64,000 nucleotides of DNA from an uncultured virus (IMG/VR IMGVR_UViG_3300025141_000033) (IMGVR_UViG_3300025141_000033); one strand, 5' to 3'. Positions 46,201-55,301 are shown, counted from the first letter of the stretch. Numbers and translations: made by a program. Notes: a model not told the origin generated them from the sequence alone.

Positions 46201-46693
46201 GGTAGCGGTAAAAGTTTTCTGGCTGATAGGACTCTGAGACAAGCTTAAATAGATTGTTCAAGCCTGTCTGGTTCTGCGCCAGAAGAATAAGGTGGCGGCG
46301 GCGTTTGATGATTGTTTGAGAAGCCTTGCTACCGCCTTCATCTTCCGCAATGGCGCCTGATAGCTTTTCCTTCTTAATACTGCGGGCTTTCTTCTTGTCT
46401 TCCATCGCTTGCGTGTATTGTTCTCGCCATTCGCTGATAGAGGAGATGAAGTATGCTTCTACACCGAAGATAGGCTTGAAGTCTTTGCCTTCATCCTTCA
46501 TCTTCTTTGCGTGGAGGACTGCGGCAGGGACGAAATTCATATTGCCGTGGTCAGTGATAGCCATCGCATCACCACCATTTTCATAACAAAAATCGTAATG
46601 CTCGTCCGGGTAGCCAATGGCGTCGAAAATTGAGCCAGCTACGGTATGTGAGTGGAGGTTGGTAAATTTGATGTTGGGTGTTTTGCGGCTCAT
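43223..46693 (-). CDS. dnaE: DNA polymerase III alpha subunit (DnaE-like, family C)
   Basis: PHP motifs (LHSH, ITDHG, GVEAY, TADSHY), GPGRGSAVGSLVAY, PDIDTD, HAGG, KFDLLGL, YGFSKNH. Confidence 0.96.
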   Translation of the reverse strand: MSRKTPNIKFTNLHSHTVAGSIFDAIGYPDEHYDFCYENGGDAMAITDHGNMNFVPAAVLHAKKMKDEGKDFKPIFGVEAYFISSISEWREQYTQAMEDKKKARSIKKEKLSGAIAEDEGGSKASQTIIKRRRHLILLAQNQTGLNNLFKLVSESYQPENFYRYPRMDYELLAKYSEGVIASSACLGGVYAGNFWENSTYDEHGKRTGSNREATLAAMRETTKKMVGIYGDRWYAELQWNNIPEQHELNQYIIEIAKEYDLTLISTADSHYPGPDAWRDREMYRRLGWLGKGKPKWAEEEDGGSLLPDSVDEIGYELYPKNGDQMWESYKKYSAETKNEYDDDLVLRSIEETHRIAHERIENFKPDTTVRLPDFVVPEGDTATGALVKYSMEGLRSLGLHEDETYVERLKYELRVIDDRGFSKYFLTMKAIIDEATEVMLVGPGRGSAVGSLVAYALNITQVDPLRYKLPFERFLRADATDYPDIDTDVSDSMALKERLIEKWGADNVAPISNWNTLQLRSLVKDISKLYDIPFTEVNPVTSVMIREATGPAKLRHGISAGVYVPTWEEVLEFSTTLQSFLNKHPEVKARVEGLVGQVRSCSRHAGGLIVSENLDSNMPLINSGGVRQAPWAEGQNVRHLEPMGFIKFDLLGLSTLKMIEGCIEHILKRHHGVESPTFAEIREYYNKTLHPDVLDLDDPKVYKNVFHKGNFAGTFQFTNDGAQEFCKSVKPSSIAEISAVTSIFRPGPLSAKVHEQYIAAKDGHSAIEWYHPIFQEITEESYGHVIFQEQISEITHRLGKDISRDDGNTIRKLLTKRGTGKEHLLIDFRERFVEGANSKGMSVRTAEEVWELMEGFAKYGFSKNHSTAYSIISYQCAWLWTNFKPEWAAAFLDKEPEARKEKAINTAKSHGFEIAPLDINKSGIVWEISKNGRTLIQPLTSIKGLGMSAIEQIFGNRPFDSAEDLLFREEIVYSKLNKKALDALCCAGALDDLVDDRFTGRKHFWSACIVDRPKSIKKFSENLELYKPEGDFSEEEIIQFKTDLTGVFPLNLVIGESVVQELREKYIPPISEFDPELSVCWFIPRAVIPRKTKKGKDYWIVEVIDSNSELTKIRCWGIKPGKDRIYLNKPYLARLNYDENWGFSTYAIGRTFKLLG

Positions 46694-47565
46694 TCTTCCT
46701 CCTCAGGATTATATGCTATTTTAACATGTTTATGCTTCTGGATCAAGTGTTTTGTTGGCTTTTTTATCTTTTTATCTGAAGCCAAATAGTCTCTGTAGCC
46801 TTGCCAAGTGCTTATATCGTAATACCACTTTGGCTCAACAAAGTTGGCAGCTCTGGTTGAAACCTCACTGAAGATCGTATCAAAATCAAAATGGCGGGCG
46901 GACCATCGCTCCTCTAACGGGAGTTTCACAGAGGGTATTTCACCTGCGGGTGGGTTAGTGTAAGTTTTCGTTGTCTCTTTGTTTACATGGCGGCGGCATT
47001 TTTGGAAATCTTCGCCGAACATCGTAAATGATAAATATTCATTGTCTTTGACAGTTTTACCATCGTGAGTCAAGAAAAAGTTCTTCTTGCCGTCTGATAT
47101 TTCCTTCCTATGCTTGCGCTGGGCAAAGACGTTGTGGGCGCCCTGAGGAAAGGAGATGAAATACTTGTCTGGGGTGAGCCACTTGGAGATCTTTCTCGCT
47201 GTGTGGAATGCGGTTATGATACCGTGAAGGACCGACCAACCGTGGCTATCGCGGCGGTCTCGGTCTTTGGGGTGGATTGGAACATAGTAGATCGGGATCT
47301 CTTTCTGGTGCTCCATGGGGTTCCACTCGTAGTATCGGTAATACCACACAGGATCGTGGATCCATTCTCCAACTTGTTCTCTAATAATTGGCGCCAAGTC
47401 ATCATTCGCAACGATCCATATCGTCTCGCAGCCAGCGATAGCACACTCAAAAACCGACTTCTGGATCATAGAATACCCAGCATCCACGGGGAGAAGAACT
47501 TCTGGGAAATCAGTGCCGAAATCAGATTTAAATCCGGCGATAGGTATGATGCCTGCTAAATGCAT
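46690..47565 (-). CDS. sugar-nucleotidyltransferase-fold protein (divergent)
   Basis: 'AGIIPIAG...P..LLPV...MIQ......AGCETIWIV', 'YYDISTW..Y'. Confidence 0.7.
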   Translation of the reverse strand: MHLAGIIPIAGFKSDFGTDFPEVLLPVDAGYSMIQKSVFECAIAGCETIWIVANDDLAPIIREQVGEWIHDPVWYYRYYEWNPMEHQKEIPIYYVPIHPKDRDRRDSHGWSVLHGIITAFHTARKISKWLTPDKYFISFPQGAHNVFAQRKHRKEISDGKKNFFLTHDGKTVKDNEYLSFTMFGEDFQKCRRHVNKETTKTYTNPPAGEIPSVKLPLEERWSARHFDFDTIFSEVSTRAANFVEPKWYYDISTWQGYRDYLASDKKIKKPTKHLIQKHKHVKIAYNPEEEE

Positions 47566-48455
47566 TATATAAATAACTTTGCTAACTTTTGATATCTTTT
47601 TTCGATGATCTGCGGGAGAGGTTGCAGCAGCTCTTCTATTGAGAGTGTGGGGGAGGTGATGTTCCCCTCTTCGACCCATTCGGACTCTTTGATCAGCTTC
47701 TTTTCTCGATGGATATGAGCTGTTCTGAACTTATAGTACTTTGGGTTCCCATATTTTGGGCAATAACCGTTAAAGCGACCTTTGAGCCCTCTTTTCTCCA
47801 TTTCTGAAACCGCTTTAAAGCGTGCCATCGTTTCCGAGTAATCGAAATCGAAGATTTCAGCTTCATTGAGGTGAGATACGACGCAAGCGTCCTTGACCAA
47901 GGTCTCTCCATCGATTCGATCGGATGGGTAGAACCATATACGCTTTACAAACCTATCTTCTGTGTTTAAAATATCTATCTCGTGCTTTCCGCCTCTATTG
48001 AAAGCTATCCAATCATAACATATATATTCTTTTTTTGCAACATCTTTTTCTCTCAAAAGTCCTCTCGCTCCCGAGTCTCCAAAATAATAACAATGTTCAA
48101 ATTCTATTTCTGCTATTTTTGAGTACTCATTCGAGCAAGTCAAAGTTTTACCATCATATCTAATGTTATCGCATAATCCACCCAAAGGTAAGTTCCCCGC
48201 GAGGGAGGAAATGAACAACAGTCGCTCCCATAGAATACTTTTCTTTGGACCGACGTAAAGAACGTCGTCAATCCCCTTCAAAGGCTTGTTTTCTGATGGG
48301 ATTCCCAGGTATGGGAAGCTGATGGTCGGTGAAAAATAGTCAAACCTAAACGGCTCCCGAACCTCAGTGAATAAAATAGGGGCGTTTCTGTGAATCGCGA
48401 ACAAAGCTGCTTGTAGTGTGCTGCCTATCACAATATCTTTATATTTTAGTCTCAT
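47565..48455 (-). CDS. hypothetical protein (possible degenerate Rossmann N-terminus)
   Basis: 'DIVIGSTLQAALFA'; 296 aa, coupled to downstream gene. Confidence 0.7.
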   Translation of the reverse strand: MRLKYKDIVIGSTLQAALFAIHRNAPILFTEVREPFRFDYFSPTISFPYLGIPSENKPLKGIDDVLYVGPKKSILWERLLFISSLAGNLPLGGLCDNIRYDGKTLTCSNEYSKIAEIEFEHCYYFGDSGARGLLREKDVAKKEYICYDWIAFNRGGKHEIDILNTEDRFVKRIWFYPSDRIDGETLVKDACVVSHLNEAEIFDFDYSETMARFKAVSEMEKRGLKGRFNGYCPKYGNPKYYKFRTAHIHREKKLIKESEWVEEGNITSPTLSIEELLQPLPQIIEKRYQKLAKLFI

Positions 48456-48464
48456 GGAAACTCT

Positions 48465-49013
48465 CTATTTCCGCATTCCTCTAACATTGTACCCACCGTA
48501 TTTCCATTCTGGATGCATCATGTGGTATTTTTGCGGATAGTGCTGCCAGCCTATGGCATGTCCTATTTCGTGTTCCACTACTCTTTCTTTCGTGATCGAG
48601 TCTGGGCGAACCTGGATTCTTGCTCTTCGGATCTCTTTTTTGGCGCTGTCCATATATGTCTTTGTGAGTGCTAAATATTTATAATCGTAGCCGGTTGACG
48701 GGAGGGAGATAACTATGCCTCTCCAAGAGGCAGTCGGGTTGCGGCACACCTCTGAGGTGTTCTCAACTGTTATTTCTCCGAATCTGTACCCAAGGCGAGT
48801 CCACCATAAAATAGAGCTTACTATCCTTGCCCTGTGTGTGATGATGTCTCCGCATATCTTAATGGGTGGGGGACTCGACCACTCTCCTACTCTAATTGGT
48901 TGACCAACGGCAAATACCTCTTGTGATTTGAGGAGCAGAGGAGTTTCTCCCGGTTGTCCAAGATCTGACAACTGAGGCGTATGACAGCACAACAATGACA
49001 GCAGAAGAAGCAT
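48465..49013 (-). CDS. matrixin/metzincin metallopeptidase with signal peptide
   Basis: HEIGHAIGWQH and Met-turn 'HMMHP'. Confidence 0.85.
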   Translation of the reverse strand: MLLLLSLLCCHTPQLSDLGQPGETPLLLKSQEVFAVGQPIRVGEWSSPPPIKICGDIITHRARIVSSILWWTRLGYRFGEITVENTSEVCRNPTASWRGIVISLPSTGYDYKYLALTKTYMDSAKKEIRRARIQVRPDSITKERVVEHEIGHAIGWQHYPQKYHMMHPEWKYGGYNVRGMRK

Positions 49014-49928
49014 CTATTCCTCTTCGTTCTCAATCTCTTCCAGCAGAGTTTTAATATCCAAGCCAGCACAGTCAATCTTGTTCTTACTGACATGATAATG
49101 ACTGACAAAGCCTGCGAACTTGCCGTATGCAACGCTTTGTTCATATTTGGTAGAAGTTTTACCAAACTGGTTAAGCGGAGTCTCATATGGGACGTTGGCG
49201 CCGTTATGAACCGCCTTCCAAAGAGCTTTAAGTGCTTCAATCTGTTTCGGATAAAAGTCTGTGAAAGTTTCTAGCTTCGTGCCGTGGACCCAGGCGGACT
49301 CGACGAGAGGTCTCTCACCAAAGCCACGTTTGGCATAAGTTTTCTGATATTTTGGGTAATAGGCGTTTGAGATCTCGACACCCACAGAGGCACGATTCAC
49401 ACGCTCCTTACCACCGTGCCAAGCACCGTGCTGCATATCTAAAGTTTGGTAGATTGTACCGTCATTATCGATTAAAAAATGGACTGAGATCCCTCGTTTA
49501 TCCAAAACAGTTTGGCAAGATTTCGAGGACAAGCAAACATCCCAATGATTTATAAAATATCTAACTGAACGCTTAGGGCGAGCGGTGTAATCGTAGTAAG
49601 ACCCCGCTTTCGCTGAGAGCCCTCCCTTATCGGACCACAGGATAACCTTATCCCACTCAATAGGAAGGAAGTCACCATTATGAACAATATAGTTTGAGTA
49701 GTTGGGATCTTTCTCAACCGGGACGCATATAGGAGCTTGTCTCTCGGTCCAGAGACGACGAAAAGTAGTGGGTCCGCAGAGTCCATCAACAGGTAGGTGC
49801 CGGAGCCTCTGCCACTTCTTTATGGCGCGGGTCAACTTCTCATCAAAGTACCTCTCGCCAAACCAAGTTGGGTCCCAGCCGAGATTCTTTGCTGAAGCTT
49901 CGTTATAAAAGTTTTTATCTATTGTCAT
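49014..49928 (-). CDS. N-acetylmuramoyl-L-alanine amidase with peptidoglycan-binding domain (endolysin)
   Basis: 'AIKKWQ...L.VDGLCGPTT'; SVHFLID.DG.IYQ, AWHGG, SVGVEI, SH...KIDC. Confidence 0.9.
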   Translation of the reverse strand: MTIDKNFYNEASAKNLGWDPTWFGERYFDEKLTRAIKKWQRLRHLPVDGLCGPTTFRRLWTERQAPICVPVEKDPNYSNYIVHNGDFLPIEWDKVILWSDKGGLSAKAGSYYDYTARPKRSVRYFINHWDVCLSSKSCQTVLDKRGISVHFLIDNDGTIYQTLDMQHGAWHGGKERVNRASVGVEISNAYYPKYQKTYAKRGFGERPLVESAWVHGTKLETFTDFYPKQIEALKALWKAVHNGANVPYETPLNQFGKTSTKYEQSVAYGKFAGFVSHYHVSKNKIDCAGLDIKTLLEEIENEEE

Positions 49929-49952
49929 ATACTTCCCGAGACGTGTTCTTAA

Positions 49953-50234
49953 CTACTCCACAATACCTATTACGTAATTATCAAGCACAACGTTAATTTT
50001 ACCCTCGGGCAGGTCTATTTCTTCGATCATTTTCCTATCGACAATAATAGTAGACATTCTATCTATCTTTTCAGCGAAGCGAATATCTTCCGCCCAGGCG
50101 ATAACCTTAGCCTTTGTATAGTGCGTTTCCGTTGGCTTAAAATCGTCTGGGAGCACAATACCCGAAGCAGTTGTATTGCTCTCCTTGTCGTCATTCATAG
50201 TAATATGCAAATATCTATTAACTGGTCTAAACAC
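49953..50234 (-). CDS. groES: co-chaperonin GroES-like
   Basis: 'FRPVNRYL...TTASGIVLP...AKVIA...VIGIVE'. Confidence 0.8.
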   Translation of the reverse strand: MFRPVNRYLHITMNDDKESNTTASGIVLPDDFKPTETHYTKAKVIAWAEDIRFAEKIDRMSTIIVDRKMIEEIDLPEGKINVVLDNYVIGIVE

Positions 50235-50484
50235 TCTTCACCTCCATTTTGATGAGTCGTTCGTGAATCTTATATTTCTCGCTATCTAAAAAGATATCCT
50301 CTCGGCGATGGCAACGGCTGCAGCACATCGTCAAGTTTACGTAGCCGCCGATAGTCGTGCGGCCTTCATTTACAGGATACCATTTGCAAAGGTCGCTGGC
50401 ACCCTTACACTTGGTTGTACGAAGAGATCTCTCCGTCATTAAGTGGTTGAAGTCCATTGCGCCCCTATATCGTGCATGAATCAT
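50227..50484 (-). CDS. small Cys-rich hypothetical protein
   Basis: C..C..CxxC. Confidence 0.6.
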   Translation of the reverse strand: MIHARYRGAMDFNHLMTERSLRTTKCKGASDLCKWYPVNEGRTTIGGYVNLTMCCSRCHRREDIFLDSEKYKIHERLIKMEVKSV

Positions 50485-52432
50485 TTGAACAGAATTTTGT
50501 ACCTGTTCCGCCCTCGTCTGTGCTAAACCGAGTGATGGGCGTTATGTCCTTAATTAGTTCCTCATACCTTTCTTTAGTGATCCCTTCGTAGGGCGCTTGC
50601 TTATAGCCGGTTTCCTTATACTTCAGAAACGATACTGCTTTCAACCTCGTCTCGTACATTTCCATCGCAGATTTGATCTGTGGGGCTTCGTCTTCCTTGA
50701 AGGTGATGGTTACGGAGACAGCGTTGTCAGCCCAATAGTTCTGGTATTGCGCAGCGATCTCAAGCTGTTCCCACATGGAGACATCGCGTTTGCCCTTCTT
50801 GAAATATGGTTCGTGGACGGGGAACTCCACAACTGTAGTATTGGGGGAATAGGTGTCGTCTTCCATGAAGTAGCCTGCCTCGGCGAGGGTTGGGAGCATG
50901 TCGGAGTCAGCAGCGAAGCGAATGCGGCGAATGTAGTACTCGTCTTCTGGGAAGTGGATGCCGGGAGTAGAGCCATTAAGGAGTGAGGTTGTTCCACTTG
51001 GCTTGATCGTGGTCATCTTGATGGACCGGGGGACGCACAACCAGTTAGAGTACTTCTCATCGAGTTGCTTGATATGCTCGTATGCATTATCGCTCCACTC
51101 CAAGAGTTGGCGGCGGCCGAACTTGTTGAAGGCTTGGATAATGCCTGACTGAGACAGACCGATGCGGCGGTTCTTGAGCATCTTGGCGTTAGTCTCTGGC
51201 CAGTGGGTGTTAACGAGAGTTACAGTCTTTCCGTATAAATATGCATGCTTGAGGGTCTTGAGGTAGTCCTCATAGTCGTCGTGCTTGGCGGGGAAAGTCT
51301 CGCAAAGGCAGCACATTTCGGCGTTATGAAGGAATTGTTCGCTACAAGGGTTCACACCCATTACTTCTGCGTCGGCGTATGTCTTTCCATCCTTTATACG
51401 TCCGTATGCTCTCGCATTGTCCAGCCACAGAGTGCCGGGTTCTCCATTCTCCTGGCATTGGTTGGCGTGCCAGGAGTAGTCCATACCCACCTGGGCGCTG
51501 TAGGAGTTGTTGGACCCCCAGCGGTGATGATAGAGCTTCTCTTGGTCATTCTTCATCTCCAGGTATGCGTAATCGTCATGTTCACCGATGGCGAGAGCAG
51601 CGGAGCGGCGGATGTTGCCGGAAACGATACATCGGCCGATGAGGTTCTCCACATCGACGATGTCGACGGAAGTGATGAGTTCACCGATCTTATCGGAGAA
51701 GAGGTCAGTTAAGCACTCGTGGAGTTCGATGAGCGGAGCTGGTCCCGAGGAAGTTCCGCCGAAGCCACTGATGGGGGCTCCGAGAGGGCGGATAGCCGAA
51801 TAATCGAACCTGGGGACACGGGATCCAAAAAAGAAGCCATCGAGGAGAGTGTGGACAGAGTCGACCCAGCCCTCGCGAGAGTCATCGATGATGAGTGTGT
51901 CGCCGGTGTATTCTGGCTCTTGGATAGTGAGTGTGCCGGCGCCCTTGGTGTCGAAACCAACACCGATGCCAAGCATAAGAGCATCCATCATCCAAGCGAA
52001 GAGGTAACCGCCCTTATCGGGGAGATCGTAGGTTGAGCGGAAAGCACAGTTTAGCAGTGACGCCCCTGTCTTCTCTTCGATGAACTTGGTGCCCATCATC
52101 CATAGTCCGCGGCCGGGTGGGGTCCACTTGAGGTTGAAAAGTCCGTCGTATGCTTCCTTGGCTGTGTTCTGTGCGCGAGTATTATCCCATTCGAGACCGA
52201 GGCGAACAACGTGTTGCTTCTGAATATCGAACATTCCTTCGATGACGCGGCGGCAAGTTTGCCACCACTCTTCTGTGCCTGTTGCGGTGGGGTCTCGCTC
52301 GCTTAGACGGCGGGCGTAAGTGCGCTTAAATGTTACGTAACCCAGCGGTCCCCAGGGGACTTCTTGGTCTCGGTATGGCTCGACGAATGCGTCGGAAAGC
52401 CGGAATCTGCGGATGTTTTCAATTGTTCTCAT
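50465..52432 (-). CDS. nrdJ: class II (adenosylcobalamin-dependent) ribonucleotide reductase
   Basis: PPGRGLW, NCAF, GNIRRSA, NPCSEQ, TTIKPSGT, C-terminal C..DSC. Confidence 0.93.
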   Translation of the reverse strand: MRTIENIRRFRLSDAFVEPYRDQEVPWGPLGYVTFKRTYARRLSERDPTATGTEEWWQTCRRVIEGMFDIQKQHVVRLGLEWDNTRAQNTAKEAYDGLFNLKWTPPGRGLWMMGTKFIEEKTGASLLNCAFRSTYDLPDKGGYLFAWMMDALMLGIGVGFDTKGAGTLTIQEPEYTGDTLIIDDSREGWVDSVHTLLDGFFFGSRVPRFDYSAIRPLGAPISGFGGTSSGPAPLIELHECLTDLFSDKIGELITSVDIVDVENLIGRCIVSGNIRRSAALAIGEHDDYAYLEMKNDQEKLYHHRWGSNNSYSAQVGMDYSWHANQCQENGEPGTLWLDNARAYGRIKDGKTYADAEVMGVNPCSEQFLHNAEMCCLCETFPAKHDDYEDYLKTLKHAYLYGKTVTLVNTHWPETNAKMLKNRRIGLSQSGIIQAFNKFGRRQLLEWSDNAYEHIKQLDEKYSNWLCVPRSIKMTTIKPSGTTSLLNGSTPGIHFPEDEYYIRRIRFAADSDMLPTLAEAGYFMEDDTYSPNTTVVEFPVHEPYFKKGKRDVSMWEQLEIAAQYQNYWADNAVSVTITFKEDEAPQIKSAMEMYETRLKAVSFLKYKETGYKQAPYEGITKERYEELIKDITPITRFSTDEGGTGTKFCSNDSCTI

Positions 52433-52433
52433 T

Positions 52434-52886
52434 TTAGTTTATTCCTTTTAGTTTTTCATATTTCTTCTTAAGAAGAGTGTTTTGTTCTTTAGCATTAAGT
52501 GGTGGCATTGATATCACCATGCTCCCTCCTGGTGGGGTCGGTGCGATGCCTATTTTAACGCAGGATGTATCCATATTAATATTATACACCATTCCGTCTG
52601 GTCCGTTTCTATTTTTTGCGATAAAGATTTTGCCGCGATTTGCTTGTTTATCTTCGATCGTGCGAGAAACAGAAAAAATGAAGTCAGCAACGAAACATTT
52701 GTTGAATGCTTCAGAGATCTGTTCCATCGTAATGACCTCTGCGTTAAGACCCGAGTTATGTGTGTATACACCGTTTTCCAAAAAGAACATATGTGTGTCA
52801 TCTACTGTGATATCTACCGTTGGCAGAACGCCCATAGGCTCGATTGACAGTATCTCATCGTGATCGAAATCATTTAAATTTAACAT
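52434..52886 (-). CDS. split intein C-fragment fused to C-terminal part of DnaB/gp41 helicase
   Basis: 44-aa IntC ending 'FFLENGVYTHN', then S+1 'SGLNAEVI...ADF...KNRNG'. Confidence 0.92.
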   Translation of the reverse strand: MLNLNDFDHDEILSIEPMGVLPTVDITVDDTHMFFLENGVYTHNSGLNAEVITMEQISEAFNKCFVADFIFSVSRTIEDKQANRGKIFIAKNRNGPDGMVYNINMDTSCVKIGIAPTPPGGSMVISMPPLNAKEQNTLLKKKYEKLKGIN

Positions 52887-54254
52887 TTCTCTTCCTTGTT
52901 GAGGAAATTAATACACTTCTCAATAACCATCATAGGATGATCGTTGTATTCTTGTTCGGGGATACGAAGTACCTTATATCCATTTTCAGCCAATATCTCA
53001 TCCTTAAGGGCGTCTTTCTCTTTCACTCTCTCCAAAGAATGCCAATAAGTTCCATCAAATTCTATCACTCTATTACCTTTTACAAAGTCAACAGCGAACC
53101 AATGTCCACCACCGCGGGCTTTATATTCAGCAAAGTTAAATTTCACTTCGCCACCATTAGTGGCGTACCGAACATCATCTAAACTGAAATGCCCTGTTCT
53201 GCATAAATGATCAAATAGGCACTGAGAAATGTTTGAATATGTTTTGCCATTTCTGCCACTCGTTGCTTTTCTTGGCGTATTAAACGCGCTGGATGATAGT
53301 GTAGCCATGTGGGCACAATACTCATTCCATTTTGTCTTCCACTCGTCTCCATATTCCTTTCTAAACCATTCCTTTGAAAATCGCTTTCGCTGATTTTTGC
53401 GTCGAGTATCCCACATCTCATATCCTTTTTCTTTTCCGTGCCTCTCTATAAAAGACTTGAGCGATAATCCATTATCCCAGCCGCCCTTCGCGTTCACAGA
53501 TTTGGTCCATTTCTCTATATATTCTTGGCGTTTAACCCTGCCTTCTTCCTCCCCATAGCGACGTATAAAAGAGGCTTCGTCAGTTGAGGCTTTAGACGCG
53601 CACAGGATATCCCACGCCTCTTTCCCGTACTTGTTGACGTATTTATCTTTTGTTACTGTTGTTTTGGCTGTCTTTTCTATCCAAAGGCGATAACCTGTTT
53701 CTTCTCCGTATCTATTTTGAAATGATTCTTTCGAGGAAGAGTCATTTTTAAATAATGTTTTAGATTTCTCAATTCGTTCTTTCCAGGACGGAGAAACATC
53801 ATATTGAATCATTTTTACCAATAATGGCTTTAAATTGTGGAAATTCCATTCTCTTTCAGAACACATCTCGTATACTTCAAGCAACTGCTCTTTACCACTT
53901 TCTGTGATCACCTCTCTTGAGGGGGCAAAATCTTTATATCTCAGTAGGATATCAATCTCCATCTTCTGTTTCCTTTTTTCTTGTTATAAGTTTATCAGAG
54001 ACAGAAAGACCCTCATCAATCGATTTTAGCTTGCCGGCTGAGGTTGGGAACTGGTGGCGACCAGAGCAAATCAAAGTCTTCCCAGATTTGAGTGTGATCT
54101 TATAGGTTTCTTGTTCTTCTTGCGGAAACACTTTTGTGATCTTTTTTAGCCCCTTGTGGGTCTCCACCAAATCACCCTCAATAACATCACCAATGCGAAT
54201 AGATTCGGTTTTGCCATCTCTATTAATAAGTAGTTTGGTATCAACCCATAAGCA
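52755..54254 (-). mobile_element. naturally split intein (IntN 53955-54254, IntC 52755-52886) enclosing a free-standing endonuclease gene
   Basis: Block A 'CLWVDT', block B 'ICSGRHQFPT', blocks F/G in a separate ORF. Confidence 0.92.
52880..53962 (-). CDS. free-standing Vsr/DUF559-like homing endonuclease with (R/K)YG-x-E repeats
   Basis: 'VDF...VIEFDGTYWH...KD..KD..L...GYKVLRIPE'; repeats RYGEETG, KYGKEA, RYGEEEG, RHGKEKG. Confidence 0.85.
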   Translation of the reverse strand: MEIDILLRYKDFAPSREVITESGKEQLLEVYEMCSEREWNFHNLKPLLVKMIQYDVSPSWKERIEKSKTLFKNDSSSKESFQNRYGEETGYRLWIEKTAKTTVTKDKYVNKYGKEAWDILCASKASTDEASFIRRYGEEEGRVKRQEYIEKWTKSVNAKGGWDNGLSLKSFIERHGKEKGYEMWDTRRKNQRKRFSKEWFRKEYGDEWKTKWNEYCAHMATLSSSAFNTPRKATSGRNGKTYSNISQCLFDHLCRTGHFSLDDVRYATNGGEVKFNFAEYKARGGGHWFAVDFVKGNRVIEFDGTYWHSLERVKEKDALKDEILAENGYKVLRIPEQEYNDHPMMVIEKCINFLNKEEKC

Positions 54255-55301
54255 TCTATTTGTTTGGGAAGCGGTCCAAATCGGACATTGAAACTCTGTT
54301 GATAACCCTCTCAATTCCTCATAAATAGATTCAAGTTCGTTTCTCTTCTCTTTCCTTACGACCACCGGCTTCAATAGATCCGCGTAGTCAACAATGATCA
54401 TTCCCGGCTTAATACCTCGCTTGGCGAGGCGGGAGAGGTGAGCGCGGATAGTATTAGTGGTGGCGGACTTTGTGGGATATTCCTTAACAATCAGAGACCC
54501 ATCAATATCTTTAATCTCATCAAATACCTCTTCCTTAAAATTAATAATATCAGAAAGAGGATAACCAGTGATACAACTATCGTATCGAGTCGCGATAACA
54601 GTGTCTTGAAGTTCCAGTGTATAGTGAATCACATTCTTTCCGGCTTTCATAGCTTGTGCTCCGAGATGTACAAGGACCATAGACTTTCCTGCGCCAGTGG
54701 GGGCGACCACGACACCAAGTTCGCTTTTTCCAAGCCCGCCGCCCACAATGTTATCGATCTCTGACCAACCAGTTGTTACAGGGTTTCGGATCTTTGGCAA
54801 GAATCTAGTATCGAAATCTACCATATAATCGTAACCAAAGTTGTTCTCTGAGCCGAGTTTAAGTGATTCGTTAATAATCTTGGAGATCTCATCAAATGAA
54901 GATCGCTGAAGAAGTCCCACCGATTTCATCATCGCTTCTTTAAGTTTCTGCTTGCGACAAAAATCCAAAGATGTTTCTTTGATAAACTCTCCGTCCGTCC
55001 TTTCCTTTTTGTGGATTCGACGGAAGTAATCTACAACCTGCTCTTTAGCTGTTGGCTCCTCTTGATCAAGTTCTACGCGAAGAATTGTAATCAACGCATC
55101 AACGGATGGATGCTTGTTGTACCGCTCCCGATAATCAAGGATCTTTCGCACAAAGACCCGCAAATATTCCAGCTCAAGAAAATCAACGTCAAGGACTTCA
55201 GTGATTTGATCGGCAAACTGCCTATCTTCGAAAATCAGTTGCACAAGTCCCTCTTGGAAAGACTTGCCGAACTTTCCAAGACTAATCTTTTCTGAACTCA
55301 T
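53952..55301 (-). CDS. dnaB: DnaB/gp41-like replicative helicase N-part fused to split intein N-fragment
   Basis: Walker A APTGAGKS, YTLEL, IIVDYAD, WTASQTNR followed by Cys1 of the intein; promoter 55326-55353. Confidence 0.93.
   Translation of the reverse strand: MSSEKISLGKFGKSFQEGLVQLIFEDRQFADQITEVLDVDFLELEYLRVFVRKILDYRERYNKHPSVDALITILRVELDQEEPTAKEQVVDYFRRIHKKERTDGEFIKETSLDFCRKQKLKEAMMKSVGLLQRSSFDEISKIINESLKLGSENNFGYDYMVDFDTRFLPKIRNPVTTGWSEIDNIVGGGLGKSELGVVVAPTGAGKSMVLVHLGAQAMKAGKNVIHYTLELQDTVIATRYDSCITGYPLSDIINFKEEVFDEIKDIDGSLIVKEYPTKSATTNTIRAHLSRLAKRGIKPGMIIVDYADLLKPVVVRKEKRNELESIYEELRGLSTEFQCPIWTASQTNRCLWVDTKLLINRDGKTESIRIGDVIEGDLVETHKGLKKITKVFPQEEQETYKITLKSGKTLICSGRHQFPTSAGKLKSIDEGLSVSDKLITRKKETEDGD

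Noticed and set aside
32005..46693. Bacterial chromosome origin suggested by groEL, clpP, guaB and dnaE
   Set aside because: Single-strand dense packing, gp32-like SSB, gp41-type helicase, endolysin, phage Dam and DUF3310, and many tiny ORFs indicate a large phage
43223..52432. Inteins in DnaE or NrdJ
   Set aside because: Lengths (1156 and 655 aa) and motif continuity leave no room, and no intein blocks are seen
52434..55301. Helicase pseudogene or group I intron interruption
   Set aside because: Both halves carry intact intein blocks exactly at the junctions (Cys1; His-Asn/Ser+1), which explains the split without RNA splicing or decay
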